Source: Hormiphora californensis (taxonomy: Eukaryota; Animalia; Ctenophora). From it: a DNA stretch of 64,000 bases. The stretch lies in contig CM035357.1 of assembly GCA_020137815.1 (NCBI GenBank), positions 5,890,001 to 5,954,000 on the forward strand. Direction: 5' to 3'. Both the position numbers and the translations under genes were made by a program. Shown in pieces: positions 49,611 to 62,644 of the stretch; the stretch's first letter is position 1, and every line of letters starts with the position of its first letter. A model generated the notes under the pieces. It searched no databases. It was given only the letters and a program-made list of their open reading frames with translations, and was not told where the DNA came from.

Positions 49611-49699
<89 letters not shown>
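49609..49699. repeat. (AG)n microsatellite
   Basis: About 80 bp AG run. Confidence 0.95.
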
Positions 49700-49702
<3 letters not shown>

Positions 49703-49980
49703 CGCTACTGATCGACGTCGCTGTACCAAAAGACAGGTCAGTCTCGGACAGGGAGATGGAGAAGATCGAGAAGTACCAAGAACTTCGGAGGGAGCTCACA
49801 CGAATTTGGGAACTTAAAAAGGCCACGGTCATCCCTATCGTGATCGGAGCCCTTGGCGGAGTCAGCCCCCGACTGGAGAAGTACCTGACTGCCATAACCC
49901 GCCAAATCTACCCCTCCCAGCTCCAAAAGTCAGTCCTGTTCAACTCGATGAACACGCTCCGGAAAGTTCTCGACATGTAA
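49700..49980 (+). mobile_element. 3' fragment of an RLE-type non-LTR retrotransposon (R4/Dong or NeSL-like)
   Basis: LLIDVAVP...EKIEKYQEL...VIPIVIGALG is the C-terminal restriction-like endonuclease motif; it begins abruptly at the AG run. Confidence 0.8.
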
Positions 49981-50994
49981 TATACCTCCTGCGCTGTCTC
50001 CCCCTGTAATTGTATTAAATTTATTTATATCTATACCTTTCTACCCGTTCCTGCTTGCCACTAGGTTTCCCTAGATTCAGACGGTTTGCTTCTCTTGTTC
50101 CTGATAAGTTGACCCTTCTTAGACTCCGTTCCAGATGGTTGGGCTTCTTTCCAGATAGTTTAGGAGGTCTTTTGCTCCGTCACCATGAGCTTTAATTCCC
50201 TTTATATATTTTCTCCTACTTTAACCCATATGTACATTGTTCAACCTACCCTTATGTACATTGTTCTACCTTAACTCCGCAGGCCCTCCGGGCCCTCAGA
50301 TCCAACAGGATCCGGGCCCGGGGGATTTAACCCTGTTTCCACATGGGACCCTTAAAAGGCCCATGTTGGAGTGGTGCTTGTTGGGGGACCGAGAGAAGAG
50401 AAAAGAGAGAGAAAAAGAGATAGAGAGAGGGAGAGAGATAGAAGAGAGAGCGAATAAGGATACAATTTGAGAAATTGAGAATAGGTCAGCGCTCCCCGCC
50501 CTCCTCTGTGTCTCCCCGCGCCGTCCCCGTGCTGTTCTCGCAAGGTCCCCATGGGAGTGCTTTCACCGCGGTGCGACGACTCTGGGCGACCGAAGCGCGG
50601 CCTTCGCGCGCTCGCGCGCGGCGCCGCCGACCGCGCTCGCTCTCCGGCTCGCCGTCTCGCTCTCCTAGTCCCCGCTCCGTGCTCTCGTCTCTCCCCGTAT
50701 CTCTCTCTCTCTCCCCAGCGCTCTCTCTCTCTTCTCTGCTCTTCTTCTCTCTCTCTCGCGCGCGCTCTCTCCTCCTCGGCTCCCTCTCTCTCTCTCTCCC
50801 GACCTTCTTCTCCTCCCTCCCTCTCTAGCCTCTTCTAGTTCCCACTTTCTTCCTTTTTCTCCAGGATAGAGAAAATTACTCATGCAGTCACCATTTCCCT
50901 GTCTCTGTTTGGCAATCTGAGGGGGCGACCATTCTTTTCGCATTTGGCCATGCTCCGACAGCTTGCAAGTAATATGGATTGACTTAGACGTTGA

Positions 50995-52185
50995 GTGTCC
51001 CACTGTCTTTGCGTGACCTATGATTTTGGGTGATGAGTGGGTTCCATTCAAATGCTCATAACTCATCGAAAAATTGGTCAAAACGGCTCAACCAAAAACA
51101 GTGTTGTAGAGAATTGTCAGGCGAACATTTGGGTACAAGATTGATGTTCCAAGTCTTACCAACCGTCAGATATATCGTCTTAAAGTCAAAAATACGTGTT
51201 CATGAAATCCGACCGGGGTTCACGTTTTGAAAAATTCACAAATGCAAAGTTGCTCGGATCACATTGCATCCCTCATAAGAGTTGTAGGAAATTGTCTGGC
51301 GGTCATTTTGGTACCCGAGTTTTTGTCCTAGCTCAATGTTTAGAGTGTCTTATGACTGTCAGAACTGGAATTTTCACAAAAGTGGTCTCAGGTATCGCAT
51401 TACATTTTGCCCTGTTATGAAGCTCATTGCTGCTTGAATAACATCTTAGTGCATGATAGGGTTGAGATAGACCACTTGCGTATCCTTCACATTAACAGGG
51501 GCCTTGCCAAATCGTCATAACAACCCTGTCAAGTGTCTAGATGAAATTGAGACGATATGTGCTGATTATCATGGGATTACACACGACACCGAGCCACCTA
51601 ATTAGGCGTTGTGAGCCGATACCAAGACTCAGCGTAGACAAATCCTTATGTTCCTACAGTCATAACGCAACTAAAACGTAGAGCTATGGATAAAATCATG
51701 GTATCAAAATGAACCTTAGACGATTCCAATGAAGCCCTTATAAATTTCAAACCATTTTACCCATTTGTTGATGACACGTGATCCCCTCAAAAATGTTGGT
51801 TGAATTTCGTCTTTAGACAGTCATAAGACAGTCTAAACATTAAGCTAGGACAAAAACCCGGCTACCAAAGTGACCGCCAGACAGTTTCCTACAACTCTTA
51901 TGAGGGATGCAATGTGATCCGAGCAACTTTGCATATGTGAATTTTTCAAAACGTGAACCCCGGTCGGATTTCATGAACACGTATTTTTGACTTTAAGACG
52001 ATATATCTGACGGTTGGTAAAACTTGGAACATCAATCTTGTACCCAAATGTTCGCCTGAAAATTCTCTACAACACTGTTTTTGGTTGAGCCGTTTTGACC
52101 AATTTTTCGATGAGTTATGAGCATTTGAATGGAACCCACTCATCACCCAAAATCACAGGTCACGCAAAGACAGTGGGACACCCTG
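50995..52185. mobile_element. Non-autonomous Tc1/mariner-like element with TIRs of about 370 bp
   Basis: 50995 to about 51365 is the inverted copy of about 51815-52185; right end ...GGGACACCCTG-TA; the left tip is missing. Confidence 0.85.
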
Positions 52186-52447
52186 TAGAAGAAATGCTGA
52201 GAGGGGGAACGACCGACATGTACTTGCAACTGCAGTCAGGCCAATGCTCTGACAGACTTGCAATGTATGTGAATATGAGATTGACTTATGATCAGTGATT
52301 GGCATTTGGGGTCGTATGTGACACAGACACAGAGGGTGACGTGGCGGTTGAGGGCCTTTCCAGACGAGACAAAAGCCGGGTGCAAGCAGGGTGTAATCCA
52401 CTTTTTGTCTCGTCTGGAAAGAAGTTTGCACCCTGTAGGAGGACCTA

Positions 52448-52872
52448 TTAGCGCTATAAAGCGCTTTTTGTAGCGCTATGAAGCACTTTATCAAGCGCTA
52501 TAAAGCGCTTTTTAAAGCGCCATAAAGCGCTTTTCAAATCGCTATAAAGCGCTTTCGAAAGCGCTATGAAGCGCTTTTTATAGCGCTTTATAGCGCTTTA
52601 AAAAGCGCTTTATAGCGCTTTATAGCGCTTTTTAAAGCGCTTTTCAAAAGTGCTTTTTAGACCGCTTTAAAAAGCGCTTTAAAGCGCTACTGTACGATTT
52701 AAAGCGCTATAAAGCGTTATAAAGCTTTCGGAAGCGCTTTAAATCGCTACAAGAATCGCTTTAAAGCGCTTTTAGCGCTTTAAAGCGGTGCACTTTAAAA
52801 CGGTACCGCTTTAAAGCGCTTTATAGCGCTATAAAGCGCTTTTTCAAACGCTTTAAAGCGGTTTAAAGCGGT
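52448..52872. repeat. Array of short palindromes (TATAAAGCGCTTT)
   Basis: Dozens of AAAGCGCTTT / TAGCGCTA units in both orientations. Confidence 0.85.
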
Positions 52873-52980
52873 CGAAAAAGTTCAGCCCAGAACTACCATA
52901 TTACCTTAAAATTAAAATTTTAATTTTGACGCCGCACACACCAGCGGCCGTTAAAATTTCTCTCCCCCATTCTATAATAT

Positions 52981-53413
52981 AAATAACCCCGGCTAGTGGA
53001 GGGATGAAATTTGATATACCAGCCTGACAGGCTGGTATATCAATATACAGGGTGGGCCAGAAACATGGAGCCACTTGGAGATAACTAAGGTGTCAATACA
53101 GTCCACTCTCCCATGTACAGTGTAATTTTCACGGTCTATTGACTAGAAAAAGTGTCCCCTGAGGATTGAGATCGACAGAGAGTCACCCTTTCCTAACAAT
53201 TATCAGCCTGTCAACTGACAGGGTAACACGTTGAAATTTGGATCCGTACAATAGAGAGAGGATTGTATTTTTCCAACTTTTATCTCCAAGTGGCTCCATG
53301 TTTCTGGCCCACCCTGTAGATATCCACGAGGAGTGAAACGACGAGGGGGATATCGTGTGATAATCCCCGTAGGGGATTATCAAATTTCATCACTTTACTA
53401 GCCGTGGTTATTT
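52981..53413. mobile_element. Nested MITEs: inner TA-flanked element 53048-53316 inside an outer inverted-repeat element
   Basis: Inner TIR CAGGGTGGGCCAGAAACATGGAGCCACTTGGAGATAA is a perfect 37 bp; outer ATAACCCCGGCTAGT..GATGAAATTTGATA / TATCAAATTTCATC..ACTAGCCGTGGTTAT. Confidence 0.8.
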
Positions 53414-53934
53414 GTTATAAACCGACCCCGGGTATTATGAAAGGTGTGAATGGGCAGTATCACTGACAACAGAGGGAGGGAATTATCTGATATACCATAG
53501 TAGACTGCGGGAATCAGACAGAGACAGATGGAGAGAGGGAGGGAGGGAGGGAGAGGGAAGGAGAGGGAGAGAGGGAGGGATACAGAGACAGATCAGACAG
53601 AGACAGATGGACAAAGATCTGAGACAGACGGACAGAGTAAGATGGAGCGAGATTAAGATGATGAGAGGGAGATAGTAAGCGTGTGTTTGTCCGTCCGTCC
53701 GTCTGTCTCTGTCCTTTTGTTTCCATCTCTTTCTTTTTCTGTCTCACTCCGTCCCTATCTCACTCTCTCTCCATCTTACTCTCTCTCTCCATCTTACTCT
53801 GTCCGTCTGTCTCAGGTCTTTATCCGTCTGTCTCTGTCTCTGTCCCTGTATCCCTCCCTCCCCCTTTCCCTCTCCTTCGCTCTCCTCCCTCCCTCCCTCC
53901 CTCCCTCCCTCCCTCCCTCCCTCTCCTTCTTATT

Positions 53935-54405
53935 TTGCGTCTATATTGCGTCTTTATCGATTTCGCACACATGCGGCTATACTGCGTCTATACTGCTTCC
54001 TTCTATATGCGACAAAAATGCGTTTATAAAACGCCCAACTGCGCCTCAAATATCGCACTGTAGCCTGGAGTACGTCTATAGTGCTTCTTAAAAAAGCACG
54101 TTTTTTATAGACGCGGCGTCTATAAAAAGCGATTTGCGTCTATAATGCTTCTATTATGCGTCTATATGCGTCTATGTAGCGTTTATGGTGCTGCTATAGT
54201 CAGTCTATAGTGCGTCTATAAGGCGATTTTGGGGTGGGTAGTGCGCCTATAATGCGGCTATACTGCGTCGCGTCTATAAAAATGCGTTTATATTGCTGTT
54301 ATAATGCGCCTATACTGCGTCTATACTGCTGCTTACGAAAGTCCGTCTATATTGCGTGTGTCTATACTGCGTCTATAATGCGTCTATAGTGCGTCTATAA
54401 TGCGA
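53935..54405. repeat. Degenerate 13-bp repeat array (TATACTGCGTCTA)
   Basis: Many TGCGTCTATA units. Confidence 0.8.
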
Positions 54406-54766
54406 AAACTTAGAATACCAAGAATTGAAGACCGGGTTCCTGTTATAAGCTACCGGAAAACCTGTTGAATTAGGGCACACGGAAGGGCAGTGGACCTGGA
54501 TGAGGGGAAGTATTGTTCTAACCCTCCTCTACATTTGTTAAAGAGGGCGGAGCGCACGGAAATAGGGTCGAGCAAGGCTAGGGGAAGGAAGAGGTTATTA
54601 CCAAGGTCCAAGAGATGAAAAGGGGTATGCACTATGTAGCTACTAGCTGCAGTAGTGACTAGAAACCAACTCCCTCCTCTGGTAGCGATAATCGATTTGT
54701 GACTAGACATAACTAGGAATTAACTCTCCCCTCCCCTAGTAGCAATATGGCTGTGTGTGACTAGAC

Positions 54767-57700
54767 ATGACCAGCACTATGATGGGCCACAACCCCCACA
54801 GTAAGTGTTGTTTGACATAATATTTCCCAGTCAATCTACAAATAGTTGGCGTGTTTTTAATATCAACTATCAAGTCAGTCTACCCTGTAGTTTGTAACTC
54901 CCCACCTCTAACTTGTTTGAAATATTTCCCTAACTTCCTTCCCCCATCTCTAGACCCGGGAGCGCTATTGCCTGGAGCCCCTGGAAAGAGGAAGGAGATA
55001 TACAAGTATGATGCCCCCTTCACTCTCTACGCTATGAGTTGGAGTAACAGGCCTGATAGAAAGTACAGATTAGCCCTGGGAAGTTTCATTGAGGAGTACA
55101 GCAATAAGGTACAACACATTGTAAATCACGATTATATATTCATTGAACATTTGGACAGACACAGTGTCAGGCGACTCAACAACTAGACCCACACTGTGCA
55201 TTTGAGTCTTCTGACACAGAATCACAATTTCAATTTAAAAAACCACAATTTTATCAAGGGGTTTCCATCACAATCCAAATTGACCCATTGCTATCTTGTC
55301 CTGATGAAGGCATATTTTAAAAAACTAATGCGTAAGATGTTATTTACTCATTTTCAGGTTCAAGTTATCCAGCTAACAGATGAGGAAAATGGGGAGTTTA
55401 AAGTAAAGGGAAGTTTTGATCATCCCTACCCAACCACCAAAATATTGTGGATCCCAGATACGGTAAGAAGGGGGATTGTTTTTTGTTCAACTTGTATTAT
55501 ATTTTAATTTAGGGCCGAAATTGGCCGCCCCCCACTTGTATATCAGCTAGAAGAAATTGTTTGTCAGCTGTAGCCACCCTAGCTCATCATAAACCTTAGC
55601 CCATCCTAAATCCATATCCATCATGTTTCACATCCGGCAGTATAATTGAATATTTTGCCAAAGTTGCCATTCTGTCAGAATATTCTACTGTTCACATTAC
55701 ACATTGTCCAAATTGTTAAAAACAGTACAGGTCATACAAAATTGTTTAGAAATTAATATTTTCATCATATTTCATTTCACCTTCCATTGCGCCCATCCCC
55801 CACCTACCACGTTATTTCCTTTCATTGCAAAGAGAGTGAGAGAATGAGAGAGATAAAGAAAGAAAGATAAAGAAAGAGAGAGAGTATATGTCAGTATATC
55901 TGTGATGTACATAATGTGTGATACACACAGTCTCCCGTGTCAGCTCATCACTTCAAGCCCCCCTAAAACCACACTGTATCCTTTCAAAACGCCTATATCT
56001 CGATACACCCCCCCCCCTTTAAAAACTGATCGGATGATATAATTTCGATTCCTCCCCCTAATATATCTCGATTCCCCTCTCTTTCCAGAAAGGTGTTTGT
56101 CCTGATCTACTGGCGACGAGTGGAGATTATCTCCGAATTTGGAAAGTAAATGATCAAACGAATGAAGTAAAATTGGAATCTCTTCTTAACAATGTAAGTA
56201 ATAGGACATAAGAACCAACTTTTTGTTTGTTGATTTGTTTTGGTCTTTGGATAAATATTGAATCATTTTCAGAATAAAAACTCAGATTTCTGTGCTCCCC
56301 TAACTTCATTTGACTGGAATGAACTAGACCCCAATATAGTTGGAACATCTAGCATTGACACAACTTGTACTATCTGGGGACTAGAGGTAATATGTTACAT
56401 CATTCATTCATCTGTTATCCGTTACTGTTAAAATGTGTGTAAATGTGTTAGGGGTATTGCTAGTTTTTAGCGATTCACACAGTGCAAGTTGCGCAGTGGT
56501 CTTTTGATCTAGTGCGCGGCGTGGCGCGCATTTTGTCATCCCCGCCATTCCAACCAATTACCCAATTACACACACACACACACACACACTAATTCATGAA
56601 ATTCTTGTTAGAACCAAGAAATCATTAGGGGCAAGCTAATTTTTGCACAATCCGATAGTCAATAGGCCCCTGAACCACCAAAAAAAAGTCCCAAGCCCAA
56701 CTCCTGGGGGAAGTGCCCCTAATTGACCCTAATTGATTACAGTGTATTTGTAACCATCAATTAAATCGTAAATCGTCTTAGGAAAGGAGTAGAGGGAAAA
56801 CCAAGGGCACTAAAGTGTTCAGCGTCTTCGCATTAGTGGGGGTAGGTGCTGGAATTAAGTCTCTATCTCATCTGGTTAATTAGATAATTGGATAATTAGG
56901 TTTGCGCAGAGCCGTTTTTTGGCTATATGGCTATAGCCACTTAGGAAAAGAGTAGAGACAAAACCGAGGGCACTAAAATGATCAGCGTCCTCGAAATAGT
57001 GGGGGTAGGTGCTGAAATTAAGTCTCTATCTCATCTGGTTAATTAGATAATTGGATAATTAGATCCGCACATAGCCGTTTTTGGCCACATGGCTATAGCC
57101 ACTTGGGAATGGTTTAGAGACTTTTCACTGGTGCCATTTTGTAGGCAATGGCTAAGTTATGGGGGGTCGTGGTCGGACTTTTAAGCTCTATCTCAAACCG
57201 TTTAGCCGTTATTTGGATTCAAAGATCCACAAAGAGGCTCAAAATCATACTTTTTACCATTTTTTGCTCATTTTCAGCACCTTTGAATCCAAATAACGGC
57301 TAAACGGTTTGAGGTAGAGCTTAAAAGTCCGACCACGACCCCCCATAACTTAGCCATTGCCTACAAAATGGCACCAGTGAAAAGTCTCTAAACCATTCCC
57401 AAGTGGCTATAGCCATGTGGCCAAAAACGGCTATGTGCGGATCTAATTATCCAATTATCTAATTAACCAGATGAGATAGAGACTTAATTCCAGCACCTAC
57501 CCCCACTAATGCGAGGACGCTGAACACTTTAGTGCCCTTGGTTTTCCCTCTACTCCTTTCCTAAGACGATTTACGATTTAATTGATGGTTACAAATACAC
57601 TGTAATCAATTAGGGCCAATTAGGGGCACTTCCCCCAGGAGTTGGGCTTGGGACTTTTTTTTTGTGGTTCAGGGGCCTATTGACTATCGGATTGTGCAAA

Positions 57701-59227
57701 AATTAGCTTGCCCCTAATGATTTCTAGGTTCGGGCAGTTTTTGACAACATTTCCATGACTTACACACACACACACACCCCTCCCTTTCCTAACAAACATG
57801 CACTTCTTCAGACAGGACAGGCAATTGGACGGATAGATGGAAACAGTGTGACTGGTATGGTACGAACACAATTGATAGCGCACGACAAAGAAGTCTTTGA
57901 TATTGCTTTCTCTCGAGCTGGAGGGGGCAGGGATATATTCGCTAGTGTAGGGGCAGATGGGAGCGTCAGAATGTTCGATCTGAGGTAAGTTTAAATCCTC
58001 TCTTACTCGACCCTCCCTCAGAGGGGTTTCTAATCCTCTGTGATCTATCTTTCTGAGACGTTTTCCTAATTGAAATTTAAAATATCTCACCCCTATTTCA
58101 GGCACTTAGAGCATAGTACAATTATATATGAAGATAGTCAGCAACAGCCCCTTTTGAGACTGGCATGGAACAAACAAGATCCTAACTATCTGGCTACAAT
58201 GGCAACCGATGGATTGGAGGTTAGTTAAGGGGTTACCTCTTCAAATCTATTTTGATTGATGATAGTTAGTACTGCAAATCGTTGTTTATATCCTTCAGTA
58301 CATCTTTGCTCCACCCACCCTCCTAGGTTCTCTCCAGCACCCCTCCCGGTCCCCTAGTTCATAATACGGTATTATTATTATTAATACCCCTCCTAGGTTA
58401 TCTCGCCTCTAATGCCATACCCAACCCCCTAACCAGGTGATAATACTAGATGTCCGTGTTCCCTGTACCCCTGTAGCTACCCTGAAGAATCCACACTGCC
58501 TGCGTTAATGGTATCGCCTGGGCTCCCCACTCTTCCTGCCACATATGTTCCGCCGGTATGCATAGAGATAGGGATAGAGAAACATAATATTAGATATAGA
58601 GATAGAGACGGAGAGATAGACTGAGATACATGATAGAGATAGAGAAACATGATAGAGATAGATAGACCGAGAGATAGAGAAACATGATATTGGATAGAGA
58701 GAGAGAGATATACAGAGAGACATGATTTTGGGTAGAGATAAAGAAACATGATTTTGGGGAGATAGATAAAAGAGAGCGAGTAGAGGGTGAGGGTCGATAA
58801 TAAAACTAGACAGATAACTGTATCGGCTTGTTATTTTCAAGTCCTCCGTAACAACTTATTGCTGGTACATATGTGAACGTTCTGTGACACCATCTGTCCC
58901 CCTCAGCAGACGATCAGCAGGCCTTGATATGGGATATCCAGCAGATGCCCCGACCCATAGATGATCCCATTCTGGCATACAAAGCAGAGGGAGAAATCAA
59001 CCAGGTAGGGACAACACTGCAGCTCTAGTTAATTACCCCCCCCCCCCCCCTTCAACAGATGGAGGGAACAACCTCCAACTACTGTTTCTGGTGTCATTTA
59101 GACTGAAAAATACACTGCAACTGTTTTATAACACTATCTTCTTCCCTCTCAGGTTCAGTGGGCTACTGGACAGCCAGACTGGATAGCTATTTGCTACAAC
59201 CAATCCATGGAGATTCTCCGAGTGTAG
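54767..59227 (+). CDS. DCAF7: DDB1- and CUL4-associated factor 7 (WDR68), multi-exon
   Basis: [106 protein letters not shown], ending MEILRV*. Confidence 0.96.
56611..57731. mobile_element. Foldback element (near-perfect palindrome of about 1.1 kb) in a DCAF7 intron
   Basis: Inverted arms of about 500 bp around a short spacer near 57225-57280; the left arm carries an extra duplication of about 120 bp. Confidence 0.85.
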
Positions 59228-60399
59228 ATACACGCCTTATATGGACATTTCTGATCACGTTTCGTACCTTATTTGGACATTAAGTGATGAATGGTTTACC
59301 TACGAAACCCCTCTTTAGAGAGAGACTCTCTCAGAGAGCGAGAGAGAGAGTGTGGTGTTGTAGCGTGCTACATGCGATGATGATGATGTAAAAATGCGAG
59401 TTAGGATGCGAGAGAAATGATATTTTTACCCAAACTATTTTATTATATATGAGAGACACACATGAACAATTCATATATATCAGATGTATCAGAGAGATCA
59501 CGTGTAACACGTGTTTAGCTTGATTGTACGGTGTATACCCTCCTTTATAGTGATGCGTCTAGAGAAACAGAGAAGGGGGAGATACCGTACCCAGCAAGTG
59601 TTTAGCAGACGTGTGTTTATTAGTTGACAAAGATTGGGGAAGTTTAGTAGTTACACACGCACAGTGACAATTGATATGTTACACTGCCCCTCACAGTATG
59701 CAGCGGGGCGGACATTGCTAGTCGTTGTTCTCTTAGTTAAAGTAACAAACTCTCCCTGTTGATATATGTCCGTCTTGCCGCATCTAGTGGGACAGTGTAA
59801 CATGTGTAACAAGGGATAGTTTGTAGCTGCACAATTGTGGGTTAAGTGTTGATCGCTGCAAGTGTACTGACTAAAACAGTACCCTGCCCCTGTTTGTGAT
59901 GCTGTGTGCACTGTGCAGTCCTTATTTAATGTTTACTGTTTACAACTGTGCTTGGGATTAGTGTGACTGAGTGAGCTAATCTTGTGAACTTATCTGCTTA
60001 TCCGTTTCCAACAAACCATACTGTTTGAATTGTTTTAAATCCACTATTGTGACAATGCAATATTGATATGGCATGGAATTGCCATGCTACGCAGTCTGTC
60101 TGTTCGGCACGTTAAGCGCCTCGGGCTCCCGTAAGCTCACACCGGGCCTTTGGCCCGGTGTGAGAGCCGACAGACTGGGAACATGTCAAGCATGGAAGGG
60201 AAGGTGAAAGGTGAAGCCAACCACAATGATATTGCATTGGTGAACCAAGCCACTAAGCTCTGACTGATCGCAAACTGACCCCTTTGTTTCTGAGAGGATT
60301 GGTGACAAAGTTTAAACAGATTTCTTGGTTCTGGAGCAATAAAAATTAAATTATATCAAACAATTTCACAAACACAAATGGTTAAAATCAGATTGTCTC

Positions 60400-61263
60400 T
60401 CAAACTCTCATCCATGGGTGCCAGTAGACAGCGGGCAGGCCAGGTCTGGATTTCTCATCGTGGGTCAGGAGTAGGGACAGGAAATCTCGGGAGGGTTGGT
60501 CCAGGGAGGGATTCAGGAAGGTGAGCCCCTGGGGTTTGTAGTTCTTGACATCCATGACTGTGTTAAAGGGGCAGTCACCGTTCAGCAGGCAGTAAGCGAG
60601 GCATCCAATGGCCCAGGTTGTGGAAGGGAGGGATCCGTGGGTTCCGGTGGCAAAGAACTCGGGAGGAAGGTAGACATCAGTTCCCTGGAATCGGTGGTAC
60701 CGCTCAGCGAGGAGGGAGGCGGATCCAAAGTCGATCAGTTTGATCTGTCCAGTGGTAGGGTTGTAGAGGATGTTCTCGTCCTTTATATCACGGTGGTCGA
60801 TCCCAACGGAGAAGAGGTAGCAGACGGTCTCGATCAGTTGTCGGATGATGTTCCTAGCATCAGCAGCAGACAGGGAATCGTGATGGTCAATGTAGGAGAA
60901 GAGATCCTCAAAACCAGCCACGTACTCCATTATCAGGATCCAGGAATCGGAGGGCTCATCAAAGTACATCTCCTCCAGGTTCAGGATGTTGGGGTGTTTC
61001 AGCTCCTCCCACAGAATGATCTCATCAGGCAGGTCACAGTCACGGAGGGGGCAGTAGGTCTTCCTCTTGCACTTGGAGTCGGGGATCACCTTGGCAGCAT
61101 GGAGAGAGCCATCCTCCTTGCTTTGGACGAGCATGACAGAACCGTAGCCTCCTTCGCCCAGGACTCGGATGGAGGTGTAGAGGTCAGAAACACAGGCGGT
61201 AGCAGGAGAACAGGCGGTGGTAACAGCAGCAGCAGTAGTGGTGGTGGTGGTAGAAGAAGACAT
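60400..61263 (-). CDS. PIM-family Ser/Thr kinase, intronless
   Basis: LGEGGYGSV, AAKVI, HRDIKDENIL, IKLIDFGS, FQGTDVYLPPEF, HPWM; TATA-like TATAAG about 40 nt upstream. Confidence 0.9.
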   Translation of the reverse strand: MSSSTTTTTTAAAVTTACSPATACVSDLYTSIRVLGEGGYGSVMLVQSKEDGSLHAAKVIPDSKCKRKTYCPLRDCDLPDEIILWEELKHPNILNLEEMYFDEPSDSWILIMEYVAGFEDLFSYIDHHDSLSAADARNIIRQLIETVCYLFSVGIDHRDIKDENILYNPTTGQIKLIDFGSASLLAERYHRFQGTDVYLPPEFFATGTHGSLPSTTWAIGCLAYCLLNGDCPFNTVMDVKNYKPQGLTFLNPSLDQPSRDFLSLLLTHDEKSRPGLPAVYWHPWMRV

Positions 61264-62644
61264 GTCGATTGTTTGATATTGGATGGAAAGTGCAGTTGGT
61301 ACTTATACCCCAGCAGTACTGATTGGGTTTGAACGCTTGTTAGGTGTAACGTGGGATAATCGGGGTGATTATCACCCCTCTCGCCCCATTATTACCCTCT
61401 CTCACGGCCCCTAATTGGGCAGGGCACACTGATTGGGTATCTCACACAGTGCAGTAATTGGGTTCCCATGGGTCCTATCCTTGTAATTGGGTACGTCACA
61501 CTGTGGGACACACAGTTTGTGGGAGAGATAGAGGGAGATCACATGACACTAATGGGCCGGCACCTGGGAAATCTGATTGGAGAGAGGCTGTAATTGGGCT
61601 GATTAGATATGTCATAACAAGCCATCCAGTCCATTATGGGAAACCCAATACGTCCAAGAAGATACTGAGTGGAAGGTCAAATGATATGGAGAGGGATCTG
61701 TCAGGCCAATGCTCTGAAAACAAGGGATCAAGGGGAATGTCGATTGTCGAATCTACGACATTGAGAGAGAGAGGGGGTGGGGGCCACAGGGGAATCCTTG
61801 GCCTTGGACCCATTCCCAGGCCAAGTGGGTGGGCTGGATTTGTGTCTAAGTTACTCCTTGGGCACGTCGCGCCCCCCATTTTCGCGCGCCCGTAGGGCGA
61901 TCCCCTACGGGGCTTGCCTGCTTCGCAGGCAAAGTTACTCCCCATATCGACCCAATTTGTGAGTGCGCTTTACTTTTAGTGCATGACAGACATCCATTTT
62001 GTTTACTTTTTAGTATGCTCAGATCTTGAAATGAGAATGACTGTCTTGCTCTGACAGCGGACAGCCATTTCCGCCAACCAATACAGGGTGTGAACTGCAT
62101 GTCGTGTTTGCTAGTCGCGAGCGCGCTTGCGAGACAAGCAAACACGTCAAGGTTCATTAACAAGCATGCTGCTCAGTCATTTTAGATTTAATACACAATG
62201 TAAGGATACCATGTAATAGGTGAGACTCTTGCCGTCACCCTCGTTCAAGTCCCGTGAAAAACGGAGCAGTACACGCAAACTGATGCCCATTTTCCTCGCG
62301 TGACCCCGATTCAGCAGTTTGAGACACCAACTCTTTAGGGGGCCATATCTCAGGAACCAGACAAGATAGGAAAAATCGCCGTCTAACGAGGCGTACAGTT
62401 TTTAATCTAGTTTACCACTGTACCGGCCGTTTCACTCTCCGACCTAAAACAAAAATCGCAACCCCACAAAACTTCAAAATAATGAAATTCGCATCTCGCA
62501 TGTCGTGTTGCATGTCGTGTTGCATGTCGTGTCATGTTATTGACGCGCTCGCGTTCAACTCTCACACAGCAGCTGCAGAACATGGCGGGAAACATCGAGG
62601 AGTAGAGAGAGAGGGTCGGTGCCGAATCAAATATTTCTTGATCT

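Noticed and set aside
50280-51000. GC-rich island with Arg-rich ORFs
   Set aside because: Also appears to be low-quality sequence around a CT repeat; no coherent coding signal.
60093-60178. GC-rich hairpin as an ncRNA or terminator
   Set aside because: A perfect 13-bp stem is present, but there are no tRNA or snRNA features; more likely a small palindromic repeat remnant.
60496-61332. 278-aa plus-strand ORF
   Set aside because: Antisense shadow of the PIM-like kinase ORF with no recognisable motifs.
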